A stretch of 58,059 nucleotides of DNA. Origin: Nautiliaceae bacterium (lineage in GTDB: Bacteria; Campylobacterota; Campylobacteria; Campylobacterales; Nautiliaceae). This document shows, piece after piece, positions 1 through 9,089 of this stretch (positions are counted from its first letter, which is position 1; each line of letters opens with the position of its first letter). Location of the stretch: contig JBDONT010000013.1 in NCBI GenBank assembly GCA_039831155.1, positions 1-58,059 on the forward strand. Reading direction: 5' to 3'. A program made the position numbers and the translations under genes. A model generated the notes under the pieces. The model was not told the origin of the DNA. It searched no databases and worked only from the letters and a program-made list of their open reading frames with translations.

Positions 1-33
1 GGTATGTCTCCTGTATGTCCTTTTCTTTCTCAT
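1..33 (-). CDS. 5' end of a gene running off the left edge (MRKKRTYRRHT...)
   Basis: ATG at 33 on the minus strand preceded by SD-like AAAAGGGG; frame open to base 1. Confidence 0.5.
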   Translation of the reverse strand, partial: MRKKRTYRRHT

Positions 34-95
34 TTTTACCCCTTTTAGTTATTTATTCTATCATATCTTTGTCTGAATATTTAGGGGCATTATAG

Positions 96-185
96 GGAAA
101 AGAAAAAGCGAAAAAAGCCGTTTCTTTAATTGAAGAGATTGTAAGAAAAAGTGAATTTATCCAAAAAGAGGTTTCAAGAAGCTGA
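96..185 (+). pseudogene. Possible 3' remnant of a deleted gene (GKEKAKKAVSLIEEIVRKSEFIQKEVSRS*)
   Basis: Open frame with protein-like codons and no start codon; its TGA overlaps the next ATG (TGATG). Confidence 0.3.
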
Positions 186-502
186 TGTTTAGGAAAGTTT
201 TAGACGGTGGGAGTAAATGGGTTATTAACAGGATAATAAAGGAGTTCGGTAAGATGTTGAAATTTGAAGTTGATAGTAAAAATAAAACTATTTACGCACT
301 ATTAGAGTTAAAAGGCGAAAACGAACCGGTAGAGATAAAAATATCCGGGTATGAAATAGTAAAAGAAAATGAAGAGTATTATTTTACAATGAGTGATATT
401 TCCGTTTCGAAAGAGTGGATGGAGATTTTGGCAAAAGAGTATTTACACAAAAAAATAAAAGTGCCTTTGAAGTTAATTCCTTTTATTAAAGTGCTGTTAT
501 GA
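185..502 (+). CDS. Hypothetical protein
   Basis: 105-aa ORF; ATGA overlap with next gene. Confidence 0.8.
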   Translation: MFRKVLDGGSKWVINRIIKEFGKMLKFEVDSKNKTIYALLELKGENEPVEIKISGYEIVKENEEYYFTMSDISVSKEWMEILAKEYLHKKIKVPLKLIPFIKVLL

Positions 503-1248
503 AGCTTTTGATAGCCGGTTTGGTTGTTGGAGGTTTGAGTTTACTTTGGCTTTTTACGTATAAGTTTACGTGTTTGAGTGTTTTTTTTATGTTTGTTATG
601 ATTGTTGTGATTTTAATAAACGAATTTAAGTTAAAGCTTACCCAAAGGAGATGTTTTGCAAACTGTTATATAAATCAAAACTCCTTTTGGTATACGTTTT
701 TTCAAGGTAGGGTTTTTGCGTTTTTGTCTGCGTTTTTCAGTTCGGTTGTTTTTGGCGTAGCTTATGGCGTGTATTTGGTAAAAGGTGGCGTTTTTGATTA
801 TGTTTTTGTAGGAGTTAGTATTTTATTTTCATACGGGATTTATTTTCTTTTTAACAAAAACGGGATTTTATCAGAGAGTGTGAAGTTTATTATTTCCAAA
901 AACTTCGCTTCTTTTTCGGCTGCTTTAATCGTAGCCTTTTTGATAGTGGTAATTGAATTTAACCAAACTCCACCGGCTTATTTGGATAACTCTTTGTCTC
1001 AAACGATAAAAAACGCCTCTTTAATTTACTCTTCTTGTAGTTATTTAAATGATTTTTTTGAGCTTTTAAGAGAAATTGAGGCACTTGAATGGTGGGGGAT
1101 AATGAAGTTTAGTGCGAGTAACGTAAATTTTTACGTAAAGTTTATCGTATGGGCTTTGTTTTTGTTTGGTAACGTACTGGCTTTAATAGGAGTTAATAAG
1201 ATGTTTTTAATAATTTATGAAGGAAAGCTTTTTAATGGAAAAAAATGA
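499..1248 (+). CDS. Multi-pass membrane protein of unknown function
   Basis: About 6 hydrophobic segments; coupled to neighbours. Confidence 0.8.
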   Translation: MKLLIAGLVVGGLSLLWLFTYKFTCLSVFFMFVMIVVILINEFKLKLTQRRCFANCYINQNSFWYTFFQGRVFAFLSAFFSSVVFGVAYGVYLVKGGVFDYVFVGVSILFSYGIYFLFNKNGILSESVKFIISKNFASFSAALIVAFLIVVIEFNQTPPAYLDNSLSQTIKNASLIYSSCSYLNDFFELLREIEALEWWGIMKFSASNVNFYVKFIVWALFLFGNVLALIGVNKMFLIIYEGKLFNGKK

Positions 1249-2278
1249 TAAAAATAAAAAGTTTAACTGGAAAATCTTTTGGGTAACTATTGGAGTTTTG
1301 ATAGGGGTTTATGTTGTTTTAATCGCTCTTGGGAATATGAATATGCTAAAACATCAAAAAAAGAGAGTCGTTTTAGAAGATGTTATAGCAAAAATCCAAA
1401 AAGAAAACCCACAGTTTGCAAATTTGATTAAAAACCTCGATAAAGAAGCTAAAAACGAAATAGCCAAATATATCTATTCTCAAGTAAACGAACTCTATAA
1501 GCCGGTTTATGAGCATTTGGACGCTTTTGTGGATTATCACTACTCTTTAAGGGGAGAATATTCGGAGATTATAGCCGCCGCTACTAATAATTTGGGGGAT
1601 TTTATCTATACTCACATCTACAAACCGGCAAACTTTGATGAAAATTATAAAAAAATGATGGTAAATATAAACTCCAAAGTAAAAGAAATAGCCTCAAAAG
1701 AGTATGATAAATTAAAAGAGGGGCTTAAAAAATATAATTTAAACGAAGATGAATCGGACGCTTTATTGACTAAAATTCTTAATTATTCAAAAGAGGATAT
1801 GATAAGAAGATACGAAAACTTTTCATATAATACCTTAAGAGGGCTTGGAATTGCAGGTGGAGTTAGCGGAGTTTTGCTTGCAAAGGTTTTGGCTAAAAAA
1901 ATTATTCAAAAAATCGCTATTAAAACGGGAGCGAAAGTTGCCGTAAAAGGGGCTAGTGTCGCAGCCGGAGCGGCGGCAGGGGCTGAAAGTGGGCTTTTAT
2001 GTGGTCCCGGGGCTGTGCTTTGTTCGCCTATAGGGGCTGTGATAGGTGGGTTTATAGGTTGGATTGCCAGTGATAAGATAGTTTTAGAGATAGACAAGGC
2101 GTTAAATTCCGAAAAATTTAAAAAAGATATTTACAATATGGTTACGAATCAGAAAAACCAGTTTGCAAAGACATTAATTTACGCTTATGCTAAAGGGGTT
2201 GATGAAGTAAATAAAGAGCTTCAAAAATCGTTTGAGGAGCTAAAAACAAAACCTATAAAAGAGATAATAACCCATTAG
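1235..2278 (+). CDS. Membrane-anchored helical protein with C-terminal glycine zipper
   Basis: N-terminal TM segment; GASVAAGAAAGAESGLLCGPGAVLCSPIGAVIGG; ATG 1235 follows AAGGA. Confidence 0.8.
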   Translation: MEKNDKNKKFNWKIFWVTIGVLIGVYVVLIALGNMNMLKHQKKRVVLEDVIAKIQKENPQFANLIKNLDKEAKNEIAKYIYSQVNELYKPVYEHLDAFVDYHYSLRGEYSEIIAAATNNLGDFIYTHIYKPANFDENYKKMMVNINSKVKEIASKEYDKLKEGLKKYNLNEDESDALLTKILNYSKEDMIRRYENFSYNTLRGLGIAGGVSGVLLAKVLAKKIIQKIAIKTGAKVAVKGASVAAGAAAGAESGLLCGPGAVLCSPIGAVIGGFIGWIASDKIVLEIDKALNSEKFKKDIYNMVTNQKNQFAKTLIYAYAKGVDEVNKELQKSFEELKTKPIKEIITH

Positions 2279-2317
2279 CTCTTTTTTTTGCTATAATCTT
2301 TGAAAAAAGAGGTTTTT

Positions 2318-3274
2318 ATGCTGGTAGATTCTTACAATCGCGTGATAGATTACATAAGGGTTTCTGTTACAAGCAGGTGTAATTTCAGGTGTTTATACTG
2401 TATGCCCAATACCCCGTTTGAGTGGGAGCCTAAAGAGAATGTTTTAAGTTATGAAGAGATGTTTGAGTTTTTGCGTCTTGCAATTGACGAGGGGGTTAAA
2501 AAGATAAGAATTACCGGGGGTGAGCCTCTTTTGAGGAAGAATTTGGACGTTTTTATAAAGATGCTTTACGCTTATAAGCCTTCTCTTGATTTAGCACTTA
2601 CTACAAACGGGTTTTATTTAAAAGACCAGGCTGTAAAGCTAAAAGAAGCCGGACTTAAGAGGGTTAATATTTCTCTTGACAGTTTAAAACCTCAAATCGC
2701 TAAAAAAATAGCTCAAAAAGATGTTTTGCAAAAGGTGCTTGAGGGGATAGACGAAGCCTTAAGGGTAGGTTTTGAAGTAAAGCTTAATATGGTTGTTATG
2801 AAAGATTTAAACGATGATGAGGTTTTGGATATTTTCGAATATGCCAAATCAAAAGGCGTTGTTGTAAGGTTTATTGAGTTTATGGAAAATGAAAGGGCGT
2901 ATCCCGGAATAAAAAGAGTTGACAGTAAAGAGATTTTACAAAAGATATCTTCTAAGTACTCTTTTAAAGAGTTACCAAAAGATAACAGTGCAAGCAGGTA
3001 TTTTAAAACGAAAGAGGGGTATAAGTTCGGAATTATAGAACCTCACAACGAAGATTTTTGTAAAAGCTGCAATAGAATTCGTTTAACGGCCGAAGGGTAT
3101 TTGATACCGTGTTTATTTTTTATTGAAAGTTATAATATAAAAGAAGCCTTAAGAAAAGGGGATATAAAAAAGGCTGCCGAAATTTTAAAAGAAGTTGTAA
3201 AAAACAAGCCCGAAAAAAACGACTGGCAGGAAGAGAAAAGCTCCGATAGGGCATTTTGGGAGACCGGAGGATGA
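2318..3274 (+). CDS. moaA: GTP 3',8-cyclase (molybdenum cofactor biosynthesis)
   Basis: CNFRCLYC radical-SAM motif, CxxCNRIR..C second cluster, C-terminal GG; GAGG SD before ATG 2318. Confidence 0.97.
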   Translation: MLVDSYNRVIDYIRVSVTSRCNFRCLYCMPNTPFEWEPKENVLSYEEMFEFLRLAIDEGVKKIRITGGEPLLRKNLDVFIKMLYAYKPSLDLALTTNGFYLKDQAVKLKEAGLKRVNISLDSLKPQIAKKIAQKDVLQKVLEGIDEALRVGFEVKLNMVVMKDLNDDEVLDIFEYAKSKGVVVRFIEFMENERAYPGIKRVDSKEILQKISSKYSFKELPKDNSASRYFKTKEGYKFGIIEPHNEDFCKSCNRIRLTAEGYLIPCLFFIESYNIKEALRKGDIKKAAEILKEVVKNKPEKNDWQEEKSSDRAFWETGG

Positions 3275-4065
3275 TAGAAATAAGAGAAGCTGCAAAAGCC
3301 ATAAAAACGGCAAAATATCTTTTAATAACGGCCGGTGCCGGAATGGGGGTAGATAGTGGGCTTCCGGATTTTAGAGGGGATGAGGGGTTTTGGAAGGCTT
3401 ATCCTATCGCTAAGAAACTAGGACTTAACTTTCAAGCACTGGCAAATCCCAGATGGTTTGATATAAACCCTCATCTTGCATGGGCGTTTTACGGGCATAG
3501 ACTTAATTTGTATAGAAATACAACTCCTCACGAGGGGTTTAATATTTTGCTTAATCTGCCTCATAACAAATTCGTATTTACCTCAAATGTCGACGGGCAG
3601 TTTCAAAAAGCCGGATTTAGTGAACTTAAGATAGTCGAAATTCACGGAAGTATTCATTATTTGCAGTGTAGTGAGCCTTGTTGTGATAGTATTTGGGAGA
3701 ATAAAGAAATTATAGAAGTCGATATGAAAAAATTCGAAGCTAAAAACTATTCGTTGTGTAAGTATTGCAAAAAGATAGCAAGACCTAATATTTTGATGTT
3801 TAGTGATTTTAGGTTTGTGGATAAGAGGGTGGATTTGCAGCTTGCCAGGTTTAATTACTGGCTATCTCAAATAGACGATGAGATGGTAATAATCGAAATA
3901 GGTGCCGGAAAGGCTGTACCTACAGTTAGAAGATTAAGTGAAAAGATAAGAGGGGATTTTAGTGCTAAGTTAATTAGAATTAATCCTAGAGAATCGGAGG
4001 GGGCTGATATTGAAATAAAAAAAGGTGCCCTTGAGGCTTTAAGAGAAATTAAAAAATATCTATAA
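3271..4065 (+). CDS. Sir2-family NAD-dependent protein deacylase (CobB-like)
   Basis: GAGMGVDSGLPDFRG, SNVDG, EIHGS, CxxxC..CxxC zinc site, RINP. Confidence 0.92.
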   Translation: MIEIREAAKAIKTAKYLLITAGAGMGVDSGLPDFRGDEGFWKAYPIAKKLGLNFQALANPRWFDINPHLAWAFYGHRLNLYRNTTPHEGFNILLNLPHNKFVFTSNVDGQFQKAGFSELKIVEIHGSIHYLQCSEPCCDSIWENKEIIEVDMKKFEAKNYSLCKYCKKIARPNILMFSDFRFVDKRVDLQLARFNYWLSQIDDEMVIIEIGAGKAVPTVRRLSEKIRGDFSAKLIRINPRESEGADIEIKKGALEALREIKKYL

Positions 4066-4074
4066 AGGAAAAAA

Positions 4075-4461
4075 ATGAAAAAATTATTGCTGGTAATACT
4101 TAGCGTGTTTGCTTTTGGGAAATTTGAAACAGGGAAAAGTTATAGTTGTGAGATAGTCGCTTTTAGCAGTGGTAATCAGTTAATTAAGGCTTCAAATTTA
4201 AAGCCCCAAACTTTAACGAGTATTTTAAAAGATTTGGTAAACGTTAAAATTAAAAAAGATCAAAAAAAGTATGAAGTTGAGAGCGGGAAATATAAAGATG
4301 TGTTTTATTATGTAGGAGAGAAGAAGTGGGCTAAAAATTATATGACAAAAACAAAAGACGCTATTTTAATGGTGGATAAAAACGACTCTTCTTCTCAAAT
4401 AGGACTCTTTTTTAAAGCTAAAAATAATAAAGTAATTTCGCTTTTTTATAAGTGCAAATGA
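4075..4461 (+). CDS. Exported hypothetical protein
   Basis: Signal peptide MKKLLLVILSVFAFG; AAGGA SD. Confidence 0.75.
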   Translation: MKKLLLVILSVFAFGKFETGKSYSCEIVAFSSGNQLIKASNLKPQTLTSILKDLVNVKIKKDQKKYEVESGKYKDVFYYVGEKKWAKNYMTKTKDAILMVDKNDSSSQIGLFFKAKNNKVISLFYKCK

Positions 4462-4811
4462 TTGTTTTTGTGTATGGAAGTTTAAAAAGAGATAAAAATT
4501 TGCACTCTTTTTTAAAAAACGCCCGGTTTTTAAGAGAGGCTTACACAAAAGATAAATATCCTTTGATTCTTAGTCGTTATGGGTGGTATCCTTATATGTT
4601 GGCTAAAAATTCTAAAGGAAAACTTATAAAAGGCGAACTTTATGAGATTAATTATAATACTTTAAAAAATCTTGATAGGTTAGAGGAAGTCCCTTTTTAT
4701 TATAAACGGATAAAAATCAGAGTAAAAGCCAAAAAAACAATGGTCGTTTGGAGCTATATTTACGCTAAAAAGAAAAAATTTTTAAAAAGAGAGCTTTTAA
4801 TTGAGTTTTAG
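4458..4811 (+). CDS. Gamma-glutamylcyclotransferase (AIG2/YtfP-like)
   Basis: VFVYGSLK, GELY, LDRLE..YYKR motifs. Confidence 0.9.
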   Translation: MIVFVYGSLKRDKNLHSFLKNARFLREAYTKDKYPLILSRYGWYPYMLAKNSKGKLIKGELYEINYNTLKNLDRLEEVPFYYKRIKIRVKAKKTMVVWSYIYAKKKKFLKRELLIEF

Positions 4812-4828
4812 TTTAGATTCGGTTTATA
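4807..4828 (+). promoter_or_regulatory. Putative OmpR-family operator (two 11-bp direct repeats)
   Basis: TTTAGTTTAGA-TTCGGTTTATA; matches repeats at 6582-6614. Confidence 0.45.
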
Positions 4829-4859
4829 AATGTTTTGTATTTTTAGCAAAAAGGCTGAT

Positions 4860-5519
4860 ATGAAAAGGAAAATTTTAGTAGTTGAAGACGATATCTCTTT
4901 GAATGAGACGATTAAAGAGTTTTTAGAATTTAGTGGATTTGAAGTAAAGAGTGTTTATGACGGTGAAGAGGCTTTAAAAGAAGCGTATGAGAGTAGTTAC
5001 GATTTAATAGTCCTTGATGTAAAACTCCCAAAACTCAACGGTTTTGAAGTGGCAAAAGAGATTCGTAAATTTTCGACTATTCCTATTGTGTTTTTGACTT
5101 CTTTAGACAGTGAAAAGGATGTTGAAAAAGGCTTTTTAAGTGGAGGGGACGACTATATTAGAAAACCTTTTTCCTTAAAAGAGTTGAAATTTAGAATAGA
5201 CGCTATTTTTAAAAGACTTTACGGCAATAGAGAGGTTGTAGATTTGGGAGACGGGTTTTTATTTGATGTCGTTAATTTGGAGCTTTTAAAAGACTCCAAA
5301 GAAGTTCATTTAAAAACAAAGGTCGCAAAACTTTTAAAGCTATTTTTAGAGCATAAAAACGAAGTTTTGAGTAAAGATAGGATTTTAAACGAAATATACG
5401 ATTATGACGAAACCCCTAACGAAGCTTCTTTAAGAACCTTTGTTAAAACTTTGAGAAATATTTTAGGAAACGATAAAATCCAAACGATAAAAGATGTAGG
5501 ATATAAATTTGTCGGCTGA
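4860..5519 (+). CDS. OmpR/PhoB-family response regulator
   Basis: ILVVEDD, LDVKLP, DDYIRKPF, winged helix ending GY. Confidence 0.95.
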   Translation: MKRKILVVEDDISLNETIKEFLEFSGFEVKSVYDGEEALKEAYESSYDLIVLDVKLPKLNGFEVAKEIRKFSTIPIVFLTSLDSEKDVEKGFLSGGDDYIRKPFSLKELKFRIDAIFKRLYGNREVVDLGDGFLFDVVNLELLKDSKEVHLKTKVAKLLKLFLEHKNEVLSKDRILNEIYDYDETPNEASLRTFVKTLRNILGNDKIQTIKDVGYKFVG

Positions 5520-6585
5520 AAAAAGAGCACTCAAAAGGTTTTTGTTTATTTATATATTCTCCACTCTTTTGGTAGTGGGAGTTGGAGAGTGGTTTTATTA
5601 TAAGCTTGCTTTAAATAACATAGAATCTCAAGAGCATACTCTTTTAAAAAACGAGCTTAAGATGTTTTTGGAGAGAAATCCTTTTTTAACAAGAGCTATT
5701 AGGTTTGGAAATTTCGATATTCCTAAGGGTTTGAATTTAATTATCTATCTTAATAATGAAAAGATTTTTTCAAATACGAAGCTTCAGGATATAAAAGAAG
5801 TTTATATCGAAAAAAAAAGATGGAGAGAGATAAAAATTATCGCTACAAAAAAATTTCCTTACGAAAAATTAAAAAACATCTTTTTTTCTTTGATGATTTT
5901 TAATCTTTTTTTGTTGGTTTTTCTTTTTGGAGTTGCTTATTTTTTAGGAAAGCTCTTTTTAAAGCCTATGAAAGAGAGCATCGAAAATTTGGAAAACTTT
6001 ATAAGAGACTCTACGCATGAGATGAACACTCCCATTAGTATTATTAATTCAAATATAGAAATGCTTGAGATGAAAGGAGTTGAGTTTAAGGAGTTTGAGA
6101 GGATAAAGTTTGCAACCAAAAGGCTTGATAAGATATTTCAGGATTTGAAGTTTTTGAGGTTAAATTTTGCTAAGAATATAGAAGATGTGAATTTAAAGCC
6201 TTTAATAAAAGAGAGATTAAAAGTTTTTGAAACTATTATGGAAAAAAAGAGATTGCGTTTGGATGTTGAGACGGATGATTTTGTGGTTAAAATAAATAAA
6301 GAAGAGGCTTTAAGGATTGTAGATAATCTTCTCTCAAACGCTTTTAAATACGCTCCAAACGACTCTAAAATAGAGGTTTATTTAAAAAACGGATGTTTTA
6401 GAGTGGTTAATGAGGGGGTTATTAAAAACATAAATAAACTCACTCAAAAATTTTACAGAGAAGACACCTCCGAAGGAGGGTTCGGGCTTGGGCTTTATAT
6501 AGTGAGTGAGATTTGTAAAAAATACGGATTTGAGTTTCAAATAAAAAATCAAAATAATCGGGTAATTATTCAAATTTGTTTTTGA
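5509..6585 (+). CDS. Sensor histidine kinase
   Basis: 2 TM segments, H-box HEMNTP, NLLSNAFKY, GFGLGL. Confidence 0.95.
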   Translation: MSAEKRALKRFLFIYIFSTLLVVGVGEWFYYKLALNNIESQEHTLLKNELKMFLERNPFLTRAIRFGNFDIPKGLNLIIYLNNEKIFSNTKLQDIKEVYIEKKRWREIKIIATKKFPYEKLKNIFFSLMIFNLFLLVFLFGVAYFLGKLFLKPMKESIENLENFIRDSTHEMNTPISIINSNIEMLEMKGVEFKEFERIKFATKRLDKIFQDLKFLRLNFAKNIEDVNLKPLIKERLKVFETIMEKKRLRLDVETDDFVVKINKEEALRIVDNLLSNAFKYAPNDSKIEVYLKNGCFRVVNEGVIKNINKLTQKFYREDTSEGGFGLGLYIVSEICKKYGFEFQIKNQNNRVIIQICF

Positions 6586-6614
6586 GTTTATATTCAGTTT
6601 ATTTTCAAGGTGTA
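6582..6614 (+). promoter_or_regulatory. Putative OmpR-family operator (three 11-bp direct repeats) directly upstream of a -10 (TATTAT)
   Basis: TTGAGTTTATA-TTCAGTTTATT-TTCAAGGTGTA. Confidence 0.5.
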
Positions 6615-6647
6615 TTATTTTAAAAATTAAAAGTTTGGAGGTAAACA

Positions 6648-7046
6648 ATGAAAAAAACAGTTCTTTTATCTATGGTTGCAGCAGCTCTTTTTGGATTTAA
6701 TTCTTTAAATAACTCTTCACATTCAAATTATCAAACCACTTCACCTAATTTAAAAGGGAAAGTTATAAAAGCCTATATTCAACCGGGATACGGTCCTAGA
6801 GGATATAACTGGTTGTTTATGGATGTAAAAAGCGATAACGGAAACGTTTATAAAGTTGGTATAGCTCCTACGTTTGTTTATTCGAATTTACCGATAAATG
6901 AAGGCGATGAAGTTGAAGTAAGTGGAGTTACTCCTCCGACTTGGCCTAGTGATTCTATAAGAGCGTGGGATATTTATGACGTAACTCAACACAAAGATTA
7001 TCCTATTAGAGGTATGGCTAGAGGATATAGATGGGGTTGGAGGTAG
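6648..7046 (+). CDS. Exported small OB-fold-like protein with Gly/Arg/aromatic tail
   Basis: Signal peptide; GIAPTF..INEGDEVEVSG; tail RGMARGYRWGWR; GGAGG SD. Confidence 0.8.
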   Translation: MKKTVLLSMVAAALFGFNSLNNSSHSNYQTTSPNLKGKVIKAYIQPGYGPRGYNWLFMDVKSDNGNVYKVGIAPTFVYSNLPINEGDEVEVSGVTPPTWPSDSIRAWDIYDVTQHKDYPIRGMARGYRWGWR

Positions 7047-7048
7047 TG

Positions 7049-7195
7049 ATGAAAGAGAATTATAAAATAATTTTATTTATTTTTCTTCTTTTTCTTTTAT
7101 TGCCTTTTTTCAGATTTTTAATGTTTAAGCTTTTCGGATTTTTGGGACCGGGAGCTTTTGGATTCGGATGTTGTGGATGCAGAAGATTTTTTTAA
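7049..7195 (+). CDS. 48-aa membrane micro-protein with Cys-rich tail
   Basis: GGAGGT SD; MKENYKIILFIFLLFLLLPFFRFLMFKLFGFLGPGAFGFGCCGCRRFF*; below the size of ORFs in the supplied track. Confidence 0.6.
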   Translation: MKENYKIILFIFLLFLLLPFFRFLMFKLFGFLGPGAFGFGCCGCRRFF

Positions 7196-7204
7196 AGGGA
7201 TAAA

Positions 7205-7282
7205 ATGAAAAAGTTTTTATTATTGCTGGTTTTAATTATAATTTTGGAAGGTTGTGGGTGTAGATGCGGAAGATGTTTTTAA
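7205..7282 (+). CDS. 25-aa putative lipoprotein micro-ORF, Cys-rich
   Basis: AAGGGA SD; MKKFLLLLVLIIILEGCGCRCGRCF* with lipobox-like LEGC. Confidence 0.5.
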   Translation: MKKFLLLLVLIIILEGCGCRCGRCF

Positions 7283-7296
7283 TGAGTAAAAAATGA

Positions 7297-7438
7297 AAAG
7301 AAAACGGAATTGATATTGATTCGGTAGTGACAAAAATTGAATCAAAAAGGAATTAAAGCTTTAAAAAATAAAATTTTAAGGCAAGTAGCGGATAATAACG
7401 AATTAAAACCAAGGAAAATTGTGAAAATTTTAAAATAG
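7297..7438 (+). pseudogene. Frameshifted C-terminal remnant resembling the tail of DUF4405-type proteins
   Basis: ENGIDIDSVVTKIESK / GIKALKNKILRQVADNNELKPRKIVKILK* joined across one extra A near 7345; no in-frame start. Confidence 0.4.
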
Positions 7439-7489
7439 TTTAACTTTAGTTTAACCGGCTCTTTTATAATAAAAGAAAATTGCTTCCTC

Positions 7490-8656
7490 TTAAATTGCTC
7501 TTTTGAATTCAGGGTAACTCTCAATTCCACATTCGCTGACATCCAGTCCTTCGATTTCATTTTCTTCATCAATTCTAAACGGAGTTATTTTGTTAATTAC
7601 CCAAATTACTATAAATGAAGCTACAAAAGCAAAAACTCCTACAACTATAATCCCTTTGATTTGAGCCGTTAAGCTTACATCTTTACCCCAAATTCCGGTA
7701 GCGATAGTCCCCCAAATTCCGTTTACCAAGTGAACTGAAAGGGCACCTACCGGGTCGTCTATTTTTAGTTTATCAAAAAATGGAACTGCAAAAAACACTA
7801 AAGCTCCACCAACTGCACCTATAATTAAAGCGGCATAAGGACTAACCACATCGGCACCGGCTGTAATTGCTACAAGTCCGCCTAATGCTCCGTTTAAAAT
7901 CATTGTAATATCGAATTTTTTATATCTTAAATATCCTAAAATCATCACTACAAGCCCACCTATAAGACCGGCGTTGTTTGTGTTCATTACAACAAAAGCT
8001 ACACTATTTGCAACTTCTTTAGTTGAAATACTTCCTACACTTCCTCCGTTAAATCCAAACCATCCAATCCATAGTAAAAATGCTCCAAGCACTACAAGAG
8101 GAATATTGCTAGCAGGAATTACTCTTACTTTTCCGTTTTTTGTATATTTTCCTTTTCTTGCTCCAATTAATAAAATAGCCGCAAGTAAAGCCCATCCTCC
8201 TGTTGAGTGAATTACTGTGCTTCCTGCTAAATCGTGCATATTTGAAATATCAAGAAAAGTTTCTTTTAAGATATTTGCACCCCAAGTCCAATTTACTATA
8301 AGAGGATAAATCAGACCTGCCATAAATATCGTAAATATTGCAATTGGAATAACTTTTGTTCTTTCACTAATTCCACTAGTCATAATATTTACAGTTTTTC
8401 CTACAAATGCCATTTGAAATAAAAATGCGGCATATATACTCATATTTTTACTACTCCATTCTCCAAAAGCCAAAGTATAGCCCCAAAAGAAAAATAATAA
8501 ACTTGCTACTATATAAATCATTGTATTAATTGTTAAAACGGTTGTAACATTTTTAGTCCTTACAAGCCCGGCTTCAAGCATTGCAAAACCGGGAACCATA
8601 AAAATAATTAAAGTAAACGCAAAAAGTGCAAAAAAGGTATCAACAACCCAAGTCAT
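7490..8656 (-). CDS. amtB: Ammonium transporter
   Basis: PGFAMLEAG, DLAGSTVIH, GWFGFNGGS, DDPVGALSVH twin-His; next to a PII gene. Confidence 0.95.
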   Translation of the reverse strand: MTWVVDTFFALFAFTLIIFMVPGFAMLEAGLVRTKNVTTVLTINTMIYIVASLLFFFWGYTLAFGEWSSKNMSIYAAFLFQMAFVGKTVNIMTSGISERTKVIPIAIFTIFMAGLIYPLIVNWTWGANILKETFLDISNMHDLAGSTVIHSTGGWALLAAILLIGARKGKYTKNGKVRVIPASNIPLVVLGAFLLWIGWFGFNGGSVGSISTKEVANSVAFVVMNTNNAGLIGGLVVMILGYLRYKKFDITMILNGALGGLVAITAGADVVSPYAALIIGAVGGALVFFAVPFFDKLKIDDPVGALSVHLVNGIWGTIATGIWGKDVSLTAQIKGIIVVGVFAFVASFIVIWVINKITPFRIDEENEIEGLDVSECGIESYPEFKRAI

Positions 8657-8667
8657 TACAACTCCTT

Positions 8668-9081
<414 letters not shown>

Positions 9082-9089
9082 TTAAGCAG

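Noticed and set aside
3271-4065. Sir2 protein as an anti-phage NADase
   Set aside because: Stand-alone zinc-binding CobB-like architecture coupled to moaA, with no defence partner
7342-7572. Short alternative-frame or antisense ORFs in the track (e.g. 1906, 7342, 12632, 24220, 27725, 39240, 52054)
   Set aside because: They overlap well-supported genes and lack SDs or motifs; shadow ORFs
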